Part shown: in pieces, positions 42,697 through 57,800 of the stretch | Numbering within the stretch: the stretch's first letter is position 1 | Layout of the letters: the number at the start of each line of letters is the position of its first letter | Assembly: GCF_009914755.1 (NCBI RefSeq) | Contig: NC_060937.1 | Reading direction: 5' to 3' (one strand) | DNA from: the human T2T-CHM13v2.0 reference genome, Homo sapiens | Length of the DNA stretch: 64,000 nucleotides | Position numbers and translations under genes: made by a program | The notes under the pieces: generated by a model | What the model saw: only the letters and a program-made list of their open reading frames with translations | The model's database searches: none | What the model was told of the DNA's origin: nothing

Positions 42697-43814
42697 GAGA
42701 ACGTGGTTTCTAAGTGAGCAAGATAATATAGAAAACATTCAGAGAGGACCACATATAAAGCCTCCATTAGCTATTTCTTATTGCCAGCCCACTTTATGCA
42801 AATATAGCTTACAACCAACAACTTAACATTCAGAGGAATACTACTCTTTCCTTAATAAAGAATCCCTTTGGGTAATATCCAATTAATAGGACATGCTATT
42901 TTGAATGCAAGCAGTTGCTTCTGCCAACTAAACCCTTGAAGGAACAACGCAAACTGTCCCTCCAGAGGCTTGCTGAAAGATCACCAAGGTCACACCTGTC
43001 ATGACCTGAGTCAAGCCATCCATTCACCTGAGCTGAAGAAGACCATGCTTTGTATCCTCTAGCAGTTTGCTGAGCTGCTATATCTCTGGAATTGGATACA
43101 AAGAAATTAAATCCTCATTTAAAGAATGGCACAGACTTAAAGAATTGAAGTTAACCCAGAGAAGAGGCAAGAGACAGACTAATCTTCACAAAATAGAGTC
43201 AGAAAATTTGAACCTGTATTTTCTTACTGGGACGTATTTTCCCCTCTCAGGAAAAGTCACCCCTCCAGTCATCCAGTCATTCATTAGCAATAATGGCAAC
43301 AACAACAACAACAACAAAAATGCCTGTTAGTGTAGAACACACAAGGTATGCAAATAAAAAACAAATTATTCCTTTTTCCTCTTTGGCAATTCAAATTGGC
43401 AAACATTTGGAGATTGAAGAATAAACACTTCAGGAAAGTACAGATGCTGTCTTTCCTTGCTAGATAGAGTCTGGACATATTGGGAGTACTATGTATTCTA
43501 ATTTTACAAACCTCAGAGGCAGCTGATATATTATTATAAAAAGTATAAAGAAGCTGTCCTTTTTTTCACATAAGTATTCAGAGTTAACTCATGAGACAAA
43601 CTATTTCCCAGAACAAGGACTTGGTAAAATAATACTTGATTAATCTTAATAAGGCTCAAATGAAAACAGCAATGTATGTTCCTAAACTATTAAATACAAA
43701 TATTTTCAGAAATTTCATTTTTTAAGATAAAACAGAATGTAACTGTCTCATAAAGCTTAAAGTGAATTCTGACTCTACTCATTACTAACCTCTAATCTCA
43801 ATCAAATTATGTAA

Positions 43815-44216
<402 letters not shown>

Positions 44217-45635
44217 TAGCCATAATCAAGTGAAAACACTTCTCAAGTTATAAACTTTCATACAAAGTTTTTTCGTTTTTATTTTGGTTGTTGCATCAAC
44301 TGCTTTTGACGACTTAATAGGGTAGGAGAAAGGAAAAAAATAAGAATCGTCTGCTACTGATTAGTTTATATATTTTGCAACTGAAGGATATTTTGCCAGC
44401 GTGTAGTGTTGTCATTTGCTTTTTAAGCAGATCTGAGGGGGTAGATATTGAAATAAATCAGCAAATTCTTTCCTTCAACTCAAATGTAAAGACATACAAA
44501 ATCTGGTTCACCAAAATATATCACTTATAAAATATCAATGTAAATTCAATTTTCTTTTCCACCTCGTTTAAGTCAAGTTAATGTATATCATCACTTTTAG
44601 TGGCCATAGTATCTATATGTGTCATCAGCTTTGAGAAAGGTACTTGAAACACTCTGTTATCTATTAGAAATGCGTGATATGTGAACTTGATTCATTTGTA
44701 ATGATCCCCAATTCTATTTCCAGACTTCTCTGGAAGTAGAAGTCTCTGCCATGTGTCATATTGATTTTTTGAATTCGGACGTATTTCTTTTCAGGAAACA
44801 ATGTTAGAAGTGATATCTCTTGTTCTTAATTCTAAACAGATCAACTTAAAATATGAATACATTTCCCTTGAACCCAGAATTATTTTCATAACAGTGGTTA
44901 AAATAATATGTTCTCCCTAAAACAGGAAGAGGTTTCACACTTCTATGTAATGACAGCAGGGCAAATTTAATTCAGAATTTCCAACAACCTCATGCTCTTT
45001 CCAGACAACTTTCTTCTCCAGAGACACAGAATGCATAAGGAAGAAGATATAGAGCTTCTCCCAAAAGTCAGCTCTCCCTATTGTCTTCTAAACCTTCTTG
45101 TAAGTCATCTATATGCTTAAATCATTGGAAGATAATTTTGTATTGTTTATATACTTTAAATTGACTTTCAATTTTATATTATTTAAATTGACTCAGGATA
45201 AAGGAAACACAGTCAGAAAAAAGTAATACCTATAAATAATAACAATCTTATATTTCCGAAAGGCAGGACTAGTCCAAGTAAATTTGTAGACTATACACTC
45301 CCTGTATATCCACCCAATTAGCAGTAACAGAATATCCTTTGCATATAAAAAGTGCAAAAAATGCTTGTTGCTTAGTTGGCTGGGTGGTGAATTATCCTTC
45401 AAAATAGAAAAAAGAAAACAATAAAAAAATCAAGATGTCAAATACTGTTACATATCTATGAATATAAATCAGTGCAAATCATAAGCAAAAAAGGAGATAT
45501 ATAATGTTTAAAATATTTTTAAAGGTATGCAACCGAAGAGCTTAAAATTTAAGTTGAAGATTATGACAGCAGCAGGCTATTTATGTCAAACTTAAGGCAA
45601 ATGTCTAAAATCCAAAATATTTTAGAAAATTATTG

Positions 45636-46001
<366 letters not shown>

Positions 46002-46289
46002 TCAGTATCATGATCTTGGTCTCACTAATTAAAATTAAAAACAAAACAAATATGAATGTTTTTATTTTTCACCACTGAAGAATTTTAGAAATAGGAAGCT
46101 ACCCCAGAGTTAGTAATGAGGAGACACTGACCTGGAAAGAGGCTAAACAACTTTGTGGCAGAGCAGGGATTTGAAATGAGAACTCACAGCAAGTACAGCT
46201 CTTTTTCTCATATGCCAGACTGCTCCAGGGAAGCCCCACCAGGCAGTCAGTCTCGGCGGAGCTAGAGACAGAACACAAAGAGGTCTCTT

Positions 46290-46620
46290 TCTGCCCCTGG
46301 GCTTTTGCTTGTGCCATTCCTCCTGGAATGGCTGTGGTTCTCTGTCTATACCTGGTGTACTTTGAACCATTCTTAAATGCCAATTTCAATTCAACTTCTT
46401 TTCACCTGTGATGTTTTTTGCAGCTGATCTCCTCCCAAATACTTGTGATAATGTTTTTGTACCTTTCATGCTGACATCTATCTCCCTCTTCATGCTTTTA
46501 AATGTACATTCTTAGTTCTTTACTAAGATAAAAACTTCCCAAACACAAGGACTGTATCATCATTTATTAGTCTATATCCCAGCACAATGCTTTGAATTAG
46601 AGTTACTAAATAATGAATAG
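46290..46620 (+). mobile_element. L2 3' fragment
   Basis: gggcttttgcttgtgccattcctcctggaatg...cccagcacaatgc. Confidence 0.55.
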
Positions 46621-46723
46621 ACACATAGATACAGAAAGACAGACAGACAGACATGATGAATGAAATAAATGTATACTTAGAAATTGGGAAACATTGACAT
46701 TCACAGGGAAATTGACATTCAGA

Positions 46724-46915
46724 TCAATGTTTCTCAAAATGTGGTTTGAGAGCAATCTGAATCCAGATTAGGAAAAAAACAAACGAATAAAGAACAATAT
46801 CAAAAACAAAAATGTGATGTCCTGAATGTAAAACTTTGGGTATGTGGTCTAGAAATTTGAATTTGTACCAAGCTCCTCAGTAATATCTGAATCAATTAAA
46901 ATGTACCAAATACTA
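46724..46915. mobile_element. MER5-like hAT-Charlie MITE
   Basis: caatgtttctcaaaatgtggt...agaaatttgaatttgtaccaagctcctcag; diverged. Confidence 0.55.
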
Positions 46916-47091
46916 TGGGTGTGGAGAGAATGAAGATGAGAGATTTCCATCATGTGTACTTGCCTCACTAATCATTCTACTCCTATCCTCCCTATTTTCT
47001 GTATTTTTCATAAACATTTGGCTAGTTCCTTGATTTCAGATGGTATTACTTAGAAACTCCAGAGATGAGAGAATCTGTATTACAAGAGATT

Positions 47092-48361
47092 TGTGTTAGT
47101 TTTCTATTACTGCTATAAGTAATTACCGCATGTTTAGCCACTTAAAATCACACATATTGAGTATTTCACAGTATCCCTGGGTCAGAAGTCTGGGCACAGT
47201 ATGGCTCTTTGGGTTGCTACTTAGGGTCTCACAGGGTTGAAATGAAGGTGTCAGCCATCTACATTCTTCTGTGGAGGCCTAGAAGCTTTTTCCTAGGTCA
47301 TTCAGGGTGTCGGTGAGAGCGGCAGGAGGTAACCAAATGCTTAGGCAGATAGGGACAAGTCCCTGGTGAAACCCCACCTATAAGCCAAAGACAGTTTAAA
47401 GCCTGAAAGCCAAGCTGCAAGTTATATCCTAGGACCGAATTAAGAACTTGTCTTGCAATTCGGTGCACTTTTCTCTGATTGATCCCCACCCTTCACCTAT
47501 TTTACATATACCTACCCTTTCCTAATTGGTTTTCTGCACTGTTGTGCCCACCTTTGAGTGGTGTCTTTGCTTTAACCTTTTTTGCATACTCACAAACCAA
47601 TCAGCACACCCTCCTATTCTAAGTCCATAGAAGGCTCTGGATTCAGCCACATGAGGGACTTGCCCACATTCAGTTAGGGAGACTACCCCCACTTCCCCTC
47701 TCCACTGAAAACTGATTAATTGCTCAATTAAAATTCTTTGCCACCCTCCTCACCCTTCAATGTCCAGTGTATCCTCATTCTTCTTGGACATGGTGCAAGA
47801 GCTTGGGAACCACTTAACACAGGTACAAGCTATAACTCAGGCGGGCTAGGGCACGCCAGTGTGGCTGAGGCTGAGTGGGACCCAGGCTAGGCGGGACCCA
47901 GGCTGGGCACTGCCAGCCGGAGGTCCCCGGCTTGCAAAGTGACTGAGAAGAAAAATCCTGCATCATTGGTAGAGCCCAGCTCTTTGCAGTTGTAGGAGTA
48001 AGGTATCTATTTTGTTGCTGTCAGATAGAGGCTTCACTTAGTCCCTGGAAGCCTCTCTTTGCTATTTTCACAGAGACCTGTGCATCTTTGAGCCTTCTTA
48101 GGCCTGCCATCTCTCTAATTTGCCTGTCTGTTGCTTCTCTCTTGCCTCTTATTTGAAGCATCTCTCTTTTACTCCAGGCAGAGGAAATTCTCTATTTTTA
48201 AGGTGCGATGCTATTAGATTGAACTCACCCAGATAATCCAGTATAATTCCCTCATTTTAAAGTTATAGCTGCAAAGTCTTTTTTGTCATGTAACATAACA
48301 TTCACAAATTTCAGGAATTAGGATGTGGGTGGTTTTGGAGGCCACTGTTTGGCCCACTATA
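47092..48361 (-). mobile_element. MaLR LTR (MLT1D/E-like) split by an ERV1 LTR
   Basis: tgtgttagttttctattactgct...gggtcagaagtctgggcacag; resumes at 47966 and ends ctgcaaagtctttttt...ggcccactata. Confidence 0.8.
47314..47965 (+). mobile_element. ERV1 (MER4-group) solo LTR, LTR27/LTR28-like
   Basis: tgagagcggcaggagg...aaaatcctgcatca; 4-bp TSD tcgg/ttgg (CpG decay); CCAAT motif aaccaatcagc; exact family uncertain. Confidence 0.8.
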
Positions 48362-50056
48362 GGATATAAATAAAGGTCTTTAGTGCAAACATCCCTTAGC
48401 TTACTAAGATATTCTCTGAAACATTTTTCTAAATTTATATCCAGTCTGTTTTATACTTTAGGGAGTACTCAATACTCAGCATCAATCATGGTTTTAGTTC
48501 AGCTCCTAGCATCTCTATGGGTCCTGCTAAAATATCTCCCAATGCTACCTGTAGGATAGCAGCATTTCACGCATCTATATAAAAATGTACAGTCATATGG
48601 AACTTTTTGACATTTAAAATTCCTAAGACCTCTTTGCACATGCAGCTGCTAATCCTCAATCCTACCTGTATAGATGCAACTATTGGTAGTTGGAGTTTTG
48701 TTTCAAAAGATAAGCATGGCTCTTTTTTTACTGTCCAATTCTGCCATGCTGTGTGTTTGCAACTTTTCCAATATCATGCCTTTCTCTTAAAATTAAGCCG
48801 TATTTCTTGAGTGGTCAGTTTCTAAAATAGTAGAAGAGAAGCATCAATAGGTAATGGGTTAATTTAGGCATTTTTAGCAAAGTAAAATAAAACAAGTTAC
48901 TGTTCAAAACGATAAATGGCTAAAGAAGAGAGTCTTTTATAAGAAAAAAATCTTTTCACTTTTGGTTTTAAAAATTAAAAAGTCATACTCACAAACATTG
49001 GCCTACTCAAGCATATTTGTTGGTTGGTTGGTTTTGTTTCCCTCTTCTTCTCTTTCCAATTTCCATGAAAGGAAGCAATTAGGATTACACTAACTGACCA
49101 ATGATTTAGGGAAACTGAATTCAGTCTTTTTTGGGTTGATTGACCTCAGGAACAAGACTATATTATTTGTGCTATTAACGCCACAGTGAAGAAAGTTAAA
49201 AAAAAAAAAGGCGGAGGGGGTTTGGGGGGGGAACTGCAAAGCAAAGAGATTTTAATGTGAATCAAAGACTCCTGATACCCAAGAACCATGGAAATTCTTT
49301 TAGGATTTCACAGGCTACTAGAACTTTACAAAATTCAACTCATTTTATTTCATGTATACATTTTTCTGTACAATTTCAGATAGCCAAGAAGGATGCAGTG
49401 AGAATGGGAATATTTTTTTTCTGAGTTCATATAAATTCTACAAAACTGTGGTTTGTACACTGAGTGTGGTTCTTCAAAGTCTACAATCTCTTTGCTCTAA
49501 AATGTTATATTTCCATAGACGAGTAAAAGTTTTAAAACTATTCTTTAAAGTTACAGAGAAAGGTTTAATATTTACAGCTAAAAAGGACAATGAGATTGGT
49601 TCCTTAAATTGCAATGTGTTTTTCATTCTTTAATTTCTGCTCAAAATTGTTCATTATTCTTCTTTACTTATTACATTTCTTTATTGAAATGGTAATGAAG
49701 TACCTGGTAAAATGGTTTAATAAATGATAAGACATATCAAACAGTACAAAATGGAATACTGTGTAAGGTCAATATCCTTCCCACCACCACCCACTAGCAC
49801 TGTAAGTTTCATTTTTAGAGGCAACCAGTATATTTGATACATTTGTTATGTATTCTCTTGGACACATGTAATGCTTATACAAGCAATCTAAGTATGTGTG
49901 TATGTTAGTTTGTACACAGACTCTGTGTATATTTTTATAAATATAGCATATATAGAGATACATTCCTTTTCTCCAGCTGGCTAACCTACTGTCTTATCTA
50001 AAAATATGTCTTGAAGATCATTTTTCTGTGTATATATCAACCTATTGTCTCTACGG

Positions 50057-50372
50057 TTTTTTTGTTTTGTTTTTTGTTTTTTGTTTTTTGAGACGGATTC
50101 TCACTCTGTCGCCCAGGCTGGAGTGCGGTGGCGCCATCTCGGCTCACTGCAAGCTCCGCCTCCCGGGTTCAGCCATTCTCCTGCCTCAGCCTCCTCAGTA
50201 GCTGGGACTACAAGTGCCCACCACCACGCCTGGCTAATTTTTTGTATTTGGTTAAGTAGAGACGAGGTTTCACCGTGTTAGCCAGGATGGTCTCTATCTC
50301 CTGACCTCGTGATCCGCCCGCATCGGCCTCCTAAAGCGCTGGGATTACAGGCGTAAGCCACCACGCCCAGCC
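50057..50372 (-). mobile_element. AluY
   Basis: ctgcaagctccgcctcccggg and caccgtgttagccaggatgg; (TTTG) tail. Confidence 0.95.
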
Positions 50373-51686
50373 TGCGTCTACTTTTTTAAATAACTGCATA
50401 TTATTTTCGTATAGGCCCCTCAGTATTAAGCCAATCTTCTTTTAATGAATATTCATTTTTTTCAGTCTTTATCAAAGAAAATAAAGTAGTTTACAGATGC
50501 TTACATGCATTTTATATACACATGTCTGTAAGTGACATTTTTAGAAATGTAATTTCCTGGCCCATAAGTATGTGTGTCTAAATTTTTGTAGTTCTGCATT
50601 GCTTTCCAAAAACTTTCACCAATTTTCACTTTTATAAACAGTGTATGAAATGCCTTGTTTTTTCATACCTTTACGTACACCATATTATTACACATCTTTG
50701 ATCTGTGCCAATGTGGAAAGTGAAAAATGGCATGTCATTATACTTGCATTTAATTATGCACATGATTGAGTATGTTTTCATATGTTTAAAAGCCATTTAT
50801 CTTTGCTTTGTTTATTACAGTGCACAGCCTCTTCAGGCCCTGCCTGTTTTTCTCTTATGGTTTGGTCACTTTTGTCACTTTCTTCTTAATTTATAAATAC
50901 ACTTTTATAATAAAGAAATTAACTTTTTCCCCATCATTTATGCATAGTTTTTTCTGTTTATCTTTACATTTGGCTTATAAATTATTTGTCCTGCAGAAAA
51001 TTTTAAATGATGAGTCAAATTTACCTGCAATCTTTTACTGTATTGCTCCTAGCTATTGTCTTATTTTAGAAGTTTTGGTTCAATTCCAAGTTTATTTTTA
51101 AAACTATGCTAATGGTTACTTTTGAGGAAATATATTTTCTTCCCTATTATAATTTTTGTTTCACATAGAATTTATTTTAGCATAATTAAGAATCCAATTT
51201 TATTTTATTTTTATTTACGTAGCTAATCAATTATAACAACATGACTTTTATTTGAAACACTATAATTATGATATGTTAAATTTTACAGATAGGTAGATGC
51301 ACAGATTCCTGTGTTTCCATTTTGTACTATTAAAATCTCTCTCTCCTTAATAGCTGGAAGGCAGAGTAGTACTTCCTCAACACAAAGACATTACTGATCA
51401 GTTTTCTTTCAAAATGTTCTTGAATATTCTTGCAAGTTAAATTTTTGTACAGAACATAGATACAGCTGGTCTATATTTATAAAAAAGAAAGTTGCTTGTA
51501 ATTTGAGATTAAATTGAAAACTAAGAATATTAAACTATTGAGTTATTCTTTAAAGAATAGTCTATTTTTATCATGTATTCAGATTTTTTTTCTTTCATAG
51601 TTCTTAGGAGAGTTTCATATTTCTTTCACACAAATCCTAAATATGGCTTATTAACTTTATTCTTAGGTATTTTGATATCAGTTTCC

Positions 51687-51830
51687 ATCTCAGTCAGTTC
51701 CGGTTGATATAGCAAATTACTATAAACTCAATGACTTAAGGAACAGTCATTTATTTCTTATAATTCTGGAGGGTGGGAAGTCCAAGATCAAGGTGCTGAA
51801 AGATCCAGTGTGTGGTGAGGATTTTCTCAT
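51687..51830 (-). mobile_element. MLT1A-like LTR fragment
   Basis: tttatttcttataattctggagggtgggaagtccaagatcaaggtgctg...tggtgagg. Confidence 0.7.
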
Positions 51831-53250
51831 GTGTAGGCACATATCACCAGAAAATAATTTTACACATTTAAAAAAGTTTTCTCTCATTTTTATAATTTTA
51901 CCAAATTTCATTGACTTATTCTTACAGAGAAATGTTAAGCAATACTAGCAATATTGCTCATCATTTTGTGTTGCTGACTTAATAGACATAGGAATCTATT
52001 ATCTTTAGTTATACATTGATTTTTTTTGAAATGCCTTTTTAGTCATTTATATCAGCATTACATAAGCTATTTGCTATATATATGATTTTCTCCTTCCAAT
52101 TATTTAAATAAACTTTATGACATTAAACTATCATGGAATTCCTGGGATAAGTCTTTTATTTGATTTCTTTTGATTTTTGGCTGAGTTCTATTTGCTTTTT
52201 TTTTTTTTTTTTAGAATTTCTTCATAAGTACTTATAAATCAAATTGTTTTGTGAATATTCTTATTGTATGTTGGAGTATATATTTGGCATGTTTTAGGGC
52301 ATGTGCATAGATAGTGCTATACTTGCTTTATATAAAAGTTTTAAAGGTGTTTCTCATTTTATATGTTCTGAAACTTTAAGTATAATTAGATTTGTCTGTG
52401 TCTTGAATGTTTGATATAAATTCATTCTGAAGATACCTATTATTGGTAATTTTTTTTATTTTATGAGATTAGGAACTTTTGGTGAGGAAGTAGACAAGAA
52501 AGGAGTTTTATCAAATTTCTTAGCCTTAGCTATCAGAATAATTGCACCACAAAAATTCCTGTGCCTTCTAAGTTCAGAAATTTTAAGATGTTTTGTATAT
52601 AGTCGATTAGGGCATTCTCTCATCCTCTTCCAATTCATTTATTTTCCTTTGTATCTGTAGTCATTTGTCAGTTTAATTTCCAAACTTGTATTTTTATTTG
52701 TTTATTTACATTGTCACCCCTGATTAGATGGCTGGTGATACATTTCATTGTTATAATTTTTTCAGAGAGTTCCCTCTTGAATTATCTTAAGTTCTATCTT
52801 GACTGTTTTCTAATTTATTAATTTCTGCTATTTGTTCTACCAGTGCTTTCCTTTGTCCTTAAGCTAATATTTATTTTATTTTTCTAACTTCTTGAGTGAA
52901 TTCTTAAATAATTAATTTTTGTTAATATAAGTGTAAATTTTATTATGTTTTATTCTGGTTGTATTCCATATTATGTTGCAAAATATTTCCATTTTGGCAA
53001 TATCTAGATATTTATTTTATTTTATTTTCGAGTTTTTAAAAGATAATTTTTCATTAATACATAAAAGACATGAGTTTTAACTGCACATATGTGTGTAATT
53101 TAGACTTTATTTTCTGTAAATTAACTATTTTACTTTGAGATTATTTGCTTTGACAGTGTGAAAAAACTGTGTACAGCAGAAATTAACCCTTTCTCTATCA
53201 TTTGTCTTGCAGTTTTCCTCAGTTCTCATTATACACAATTTTATTATGAG

Positions 53251-53569
<319 letters not shown>

Positions 53570-55817
53570 TTATGAGTTATTTTGCCATACAAAATGATTA
53601 CATTTTTGTTTAAGTACATGCTTTATCTATATTTTTGTTTGTAACTTCTGAGTTTTCATTATTTTTAAGACAAACCTCTAGAATCTAGCACATACATATA
53701 AACTCCTAAATATTACTGCATTTTTTTCTTGCTTTAAGTTTTGCGTTTAATTTTTTGACCAATTTTATATAATTTGTTGATCTTTGTTCCATATTTCTCT
53801 TGTGAGTTATTCTTATAATGTTAATTTTATGAAAGTTGTAACTTTTGCTAGTCAAAGTTAACGAAATACAACAATGTGGTAATTTTAATTAAACTTTCAA
53901 AGATTAACTGCACTTCATTATTGTTTAGTTTTTTAAAAGGTGAACAATGGTATAATAGTATATACTTCAAATCTAGGACAAGTTGATATTTCTTCATCTG
54001 CAATTAATTGAAAACTTTTGATGGCTTATACTTCTGGAGAAAAATAGATGATCAAACATACGTCTCATTTTGCACATTAACATATACAATCTGGCAATAG
54101 GGAAATTGAGAAGCTGATTCAATTGAAGAGTCCATAAAACACTTAAGACCGTGCAACACTTACAGAGGAGAATTAAACAGAATTAAAGGTAATATCTTCA
54201 GAGTCCCTAACTTGCATGAACTCTTTTACTTGTGGTATCTTTCAGCATTTGCCAATTATTTAAAATTCGTAATTTTTTGTTGTTGCTATTCTAAATACAT
54301 ATTTTCCTTTATACCTAATTTTACTTTCATTTTCTTGTGTAGAGCTTTGAAACTCTGTAAACATTAGACCCATAAAACGTGGATTCTTTTTTTAATACCA
54401 AGTATATTTGATATGTGGAATAAAGGATGAGCTAAAATAAGGAAAACGGTAATTAAGCTGTTTAGGAATCACAACTTGTATAAAACCTGTGGTCACTCTC
54501 CAAAAATAAAAAGTTTGGTACAAATTATACTAGAATATTTCACAAAATATGTTTATAAAATTTTCTCCTATATATTTATAGAATATATAAATAGAATATA
54601 AATATAATAATTTACAATATTTGAGTAATATTGTGAACTACATAGAGTCAAAGGATGTTATAAACAAGAACATGACCAGCAGATAGTGAGTCATAGCAGG
54701 AAAAAAAAAAAAGCTTTAGTAAAAGGTTTCATTTACAGCTCCAGCAATTATTTCGTTAGGTAACAAGTAATTGAACATCTGACCATAGAAGATTATTGTG
54801 AGAATTAAAGAAAAATAAAATGTAAAGGCAACAAATACCTTTTGTCGAATTTAGTAAATGTTTATAAATGTACCTTGTCTTCCTTTATTATAATTTTTTA
54901 AAAACACATAATGATCTAAATACATGCTTTACTGTAAAATAATTTTCTAAATTAACACTCATTCTGAGAGAAAATTTTGATTTGTTGATGGTTATGAGTA
55001 GAAAGACCATTTCGGCAATTGCCTATGAAAATAGGACTATCAAATATATAATATTTATAATATGAAAAGCCTTGGTGTGAATAAAGTAGAAAAAAGAACG
55101 TTATTAAACAAAGCAAGACCTAAAGGAAACAATTTTCTCAAAGTGAATAAAACCTGGTAATAAAAAAATTAAGAACAATTCAAGAAATGACAAAAGCACA
55201 AAAGCTAAAATATGAGCCATGTCTAATGGAGATGATTAATTTTAGGGAAAATTCACCTCAAACTTGAGTTAAAATAACTTTTTACTATTTAATGGGAGCT
55301 TCAAATGTTCTTTTTTCACTGTAAAGCTAGTATTCTATTTCAATTGCTTCACAATACAGAGATGTTTCTTTTAAATTTAGGTCATTTCAAGCCTTGGTAT
55401 TGCAAAGCCTAATGCATGTGACTTTTTGAGAATGTTTAATATTTGAATTTGTATGTAGAGGGAGAACAACAACAAAGAAATACCAGAGCCACTCTCCTGG
55501 TCCCAAATTATTTTGCAAATGTCTTTCATATATTGTAATATATGTTGATTGAAAATGTTAAATATTAGAAAAAATAAAACTAACATTTGTCATAGAATGC
55601 AGTAAATGTTTACAGATGTGCTTTGCCTTCCTGTGTTAAACTTTTTGAAAGACAATCTGAATACATGCTTCATAGTCAAAGCATTTTCAAAACGAAAATT
55701 TTGAGAGAAATTTCGAGTTTGTTGATGGCTATGAATAGAAAAACCAATTGGATTAAAAATATTAAACATTTTCAATAAATACTAAAAATTCACAGATGTT
55801 TTTTCTTGATCTGAACA

Positions 55818-56405
55818 TGAAGGTTGACCAAGAAGTTTCTCTCAACTTGACTAAACTTTACATAGGTTTTTACCTGACACTAGGCCCCTGACCTCTCTTT
55901 CCTTAGAGCATTTACGTTAGAAAACATGTAATTATAAATTCTTTGCCTGCCTCTTTAAGATTCAATTCTTTAAAAAAGCCTCTTGCCAGTTGTGCAGCTC
56001 AGGAATGTCATTCTAAAGGAACTAAGCCATTTCATTGAACCATAAGCATCAAAGGAGATAGCATCCCTATCTCCCAGTTTCTGTGGGAGAGTAAGGGCCT
56101 AACAAGGTACACTCCCACAGAGGGTACATTGCTCAAAGTTGTAAAACGATTTATTTGCATGAATATATGAGAAAGTTTAATTTTAATCCGGAGAAGGCTA
56201 GTTAGCAAACACATATGTTCAATATCTCATCCTGACCCCTGCACTTAATAATTTTCCTGCCCTTTGTTTCAGTGGAGTTGAATTCATACCGGGACTTGGC
56301 TTCATCACCTTACTGCAATAGTCTTTTTTTTTTTTAATGGCAGTAGTCTTGAATAACATTTTCCTTGACTGTATCACTTTGTCCAGTGTAATTTTTGCTT
56401 TGACA
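55818..56405 (+). mobile_element. ERV1 solo LTR (MER67-like)
   Basis: ctcaacttgactaaactttac...taggcccctgacctc...cttagagcatttac...cctatctcccagtttctgtgggag...tttgctttgaca. Confidence 0.72.
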
Positions 56406-57094
56406 AGTTGCTCAAAACAAAAAATAAAGCAATATAGGGAGACAGAGAAAAGGTGTACTGCTTACACATAGAGTGGTAAAGTATGTCCTCTCTGAGGAAA
56501 AGAGAGCTATGAATTCATGGATTATATAGAAATTTGATGAACATTTCTGACATAATAAAAAGTAAGTAAAATCTTTGATGTAGTAGTTTGCTTCAGAAGT
56601 CTCATGAAGATCAAAGAGAATTTTTTTCACCATTTTGCATGAAGTCAATTTCCTTCCTGTTCAGATGAGGAAACTGAGACCCAAAGTGGCTTGATAATTT
56701 ATGTAGACAAACAAAGTAGAATTTTGTATTATGGAAGCAATTCAATAGCTGATGTCATTTTTGCTTTTGCTAAGAAATTATCAATTGAAAACAAACCAAT
56801 GGGTTTGCATCAGAAAATTTAACCATTTATAAGAAATGACAACATTTATGAAAATTCTTCAATGGTAAATTATAACCCAAAAAATCCTTTAATAATGAAA
56901 AACTAAAAACAAGCAAACTTATGATGTTAATTTTATAAATTTTGAAAATGAAGTTTCAATTATTAACCAAAGTACCTTTGCAGAAAATATGGCTCATAAA
57001 GCATCTTTTTGAAACTTTCATATTAATATTAGTTATAAAATAGAGGTAAAGTAGGGGTGGGATCTAAACAGTAATGAAAGACTACTGACAGTGA

Positions 57095-57320
57095 TTGTTG
57101 CAATGGAATGTTCTGTAGAATTCTGGCTCTGCCACTTGTCACGTAAGAAAATTTGGGCAAATTACTTAACCTCTTTAAGTTCTAATTTCATCATTTGTAA
57201 AATAAGGATATTTATACATACTTCACAGGGTTGTTATAAAGATTACACGACATAGCATATGCAAACTACTTAGTATAGCACATGCTCAATGTTCAAAAAT
57301 GTCTTCAGCTGTCATCATTA
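57095..57320 (+). mobile_element. MIR
   Basis: ctggctctgccactt...tttgggcaaattacttaacctct...catttgtaaaataagg. Confidence 0.8.
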
Positions 57321-57369
57321 GTATTTTTATATTTTTACTAAATTGCAAAACTACTGGATTTAATTGACT

Positions 57370-57800
57370 TTTTTCTTTGTAACTTTTTACTATGAAAACT
57401 TTAGGCAACATTTAAAATTGAATAATACACTGGAATAAATGACCTTGAAGTTCTTTATCAAACCATGTAACTTTTCTCTCTTCAGCAATGGATTCTTATA
57501 AAACAGTTTTAGTCATCCTATCATTCAATCCATAAACTGTTTAGAATATCTCTCAAAGATCCTTTTAGAAATAATGTATTCCCAATATCATTCTCACAGC
57601 TAATACATTAACAATAATTACAATATCACAAATGTCCAGTCAATGCTCAAATCTCCCTGGTTGTCTCATATTTTTTAAAAAAATTGTTTGCTTTGAAATC
57701 AAGATCCAAATAATATTTGTACATTGCAATTGGTTAATATAATGTTTTAATCTGTTTTAGTGTACAGTCTATGTTTCTGTCTCTCTTTGTCTTATTTAAG
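57370..57800 (-). mobile_element. L1MC-like 3' fragment
   Basis: ttgaaatcaagatccaaataa...acattgcaattggtt. Confidence 0.55.

Larger units (their letters stand above)
49680..53000 (-). mobile_element. Ancient L1ME-like fragments, interrupted by an Alu and an MLT1A piece
   Basis: Degenerate L1 antisense motifs (ttgctttccaaaa, gattgagtatgttttcatatgttt, catggaattcctgggataa); boundaries approximate. Confidence 0.55.

Noticed and set aside
49210-49232. G-rich run ggcggagggggtttgggggggg as a G-quadruplex or promoter
   Set aside because: Short low-complexity tract next to poly-A; no CpG island; at best a marginal G4.
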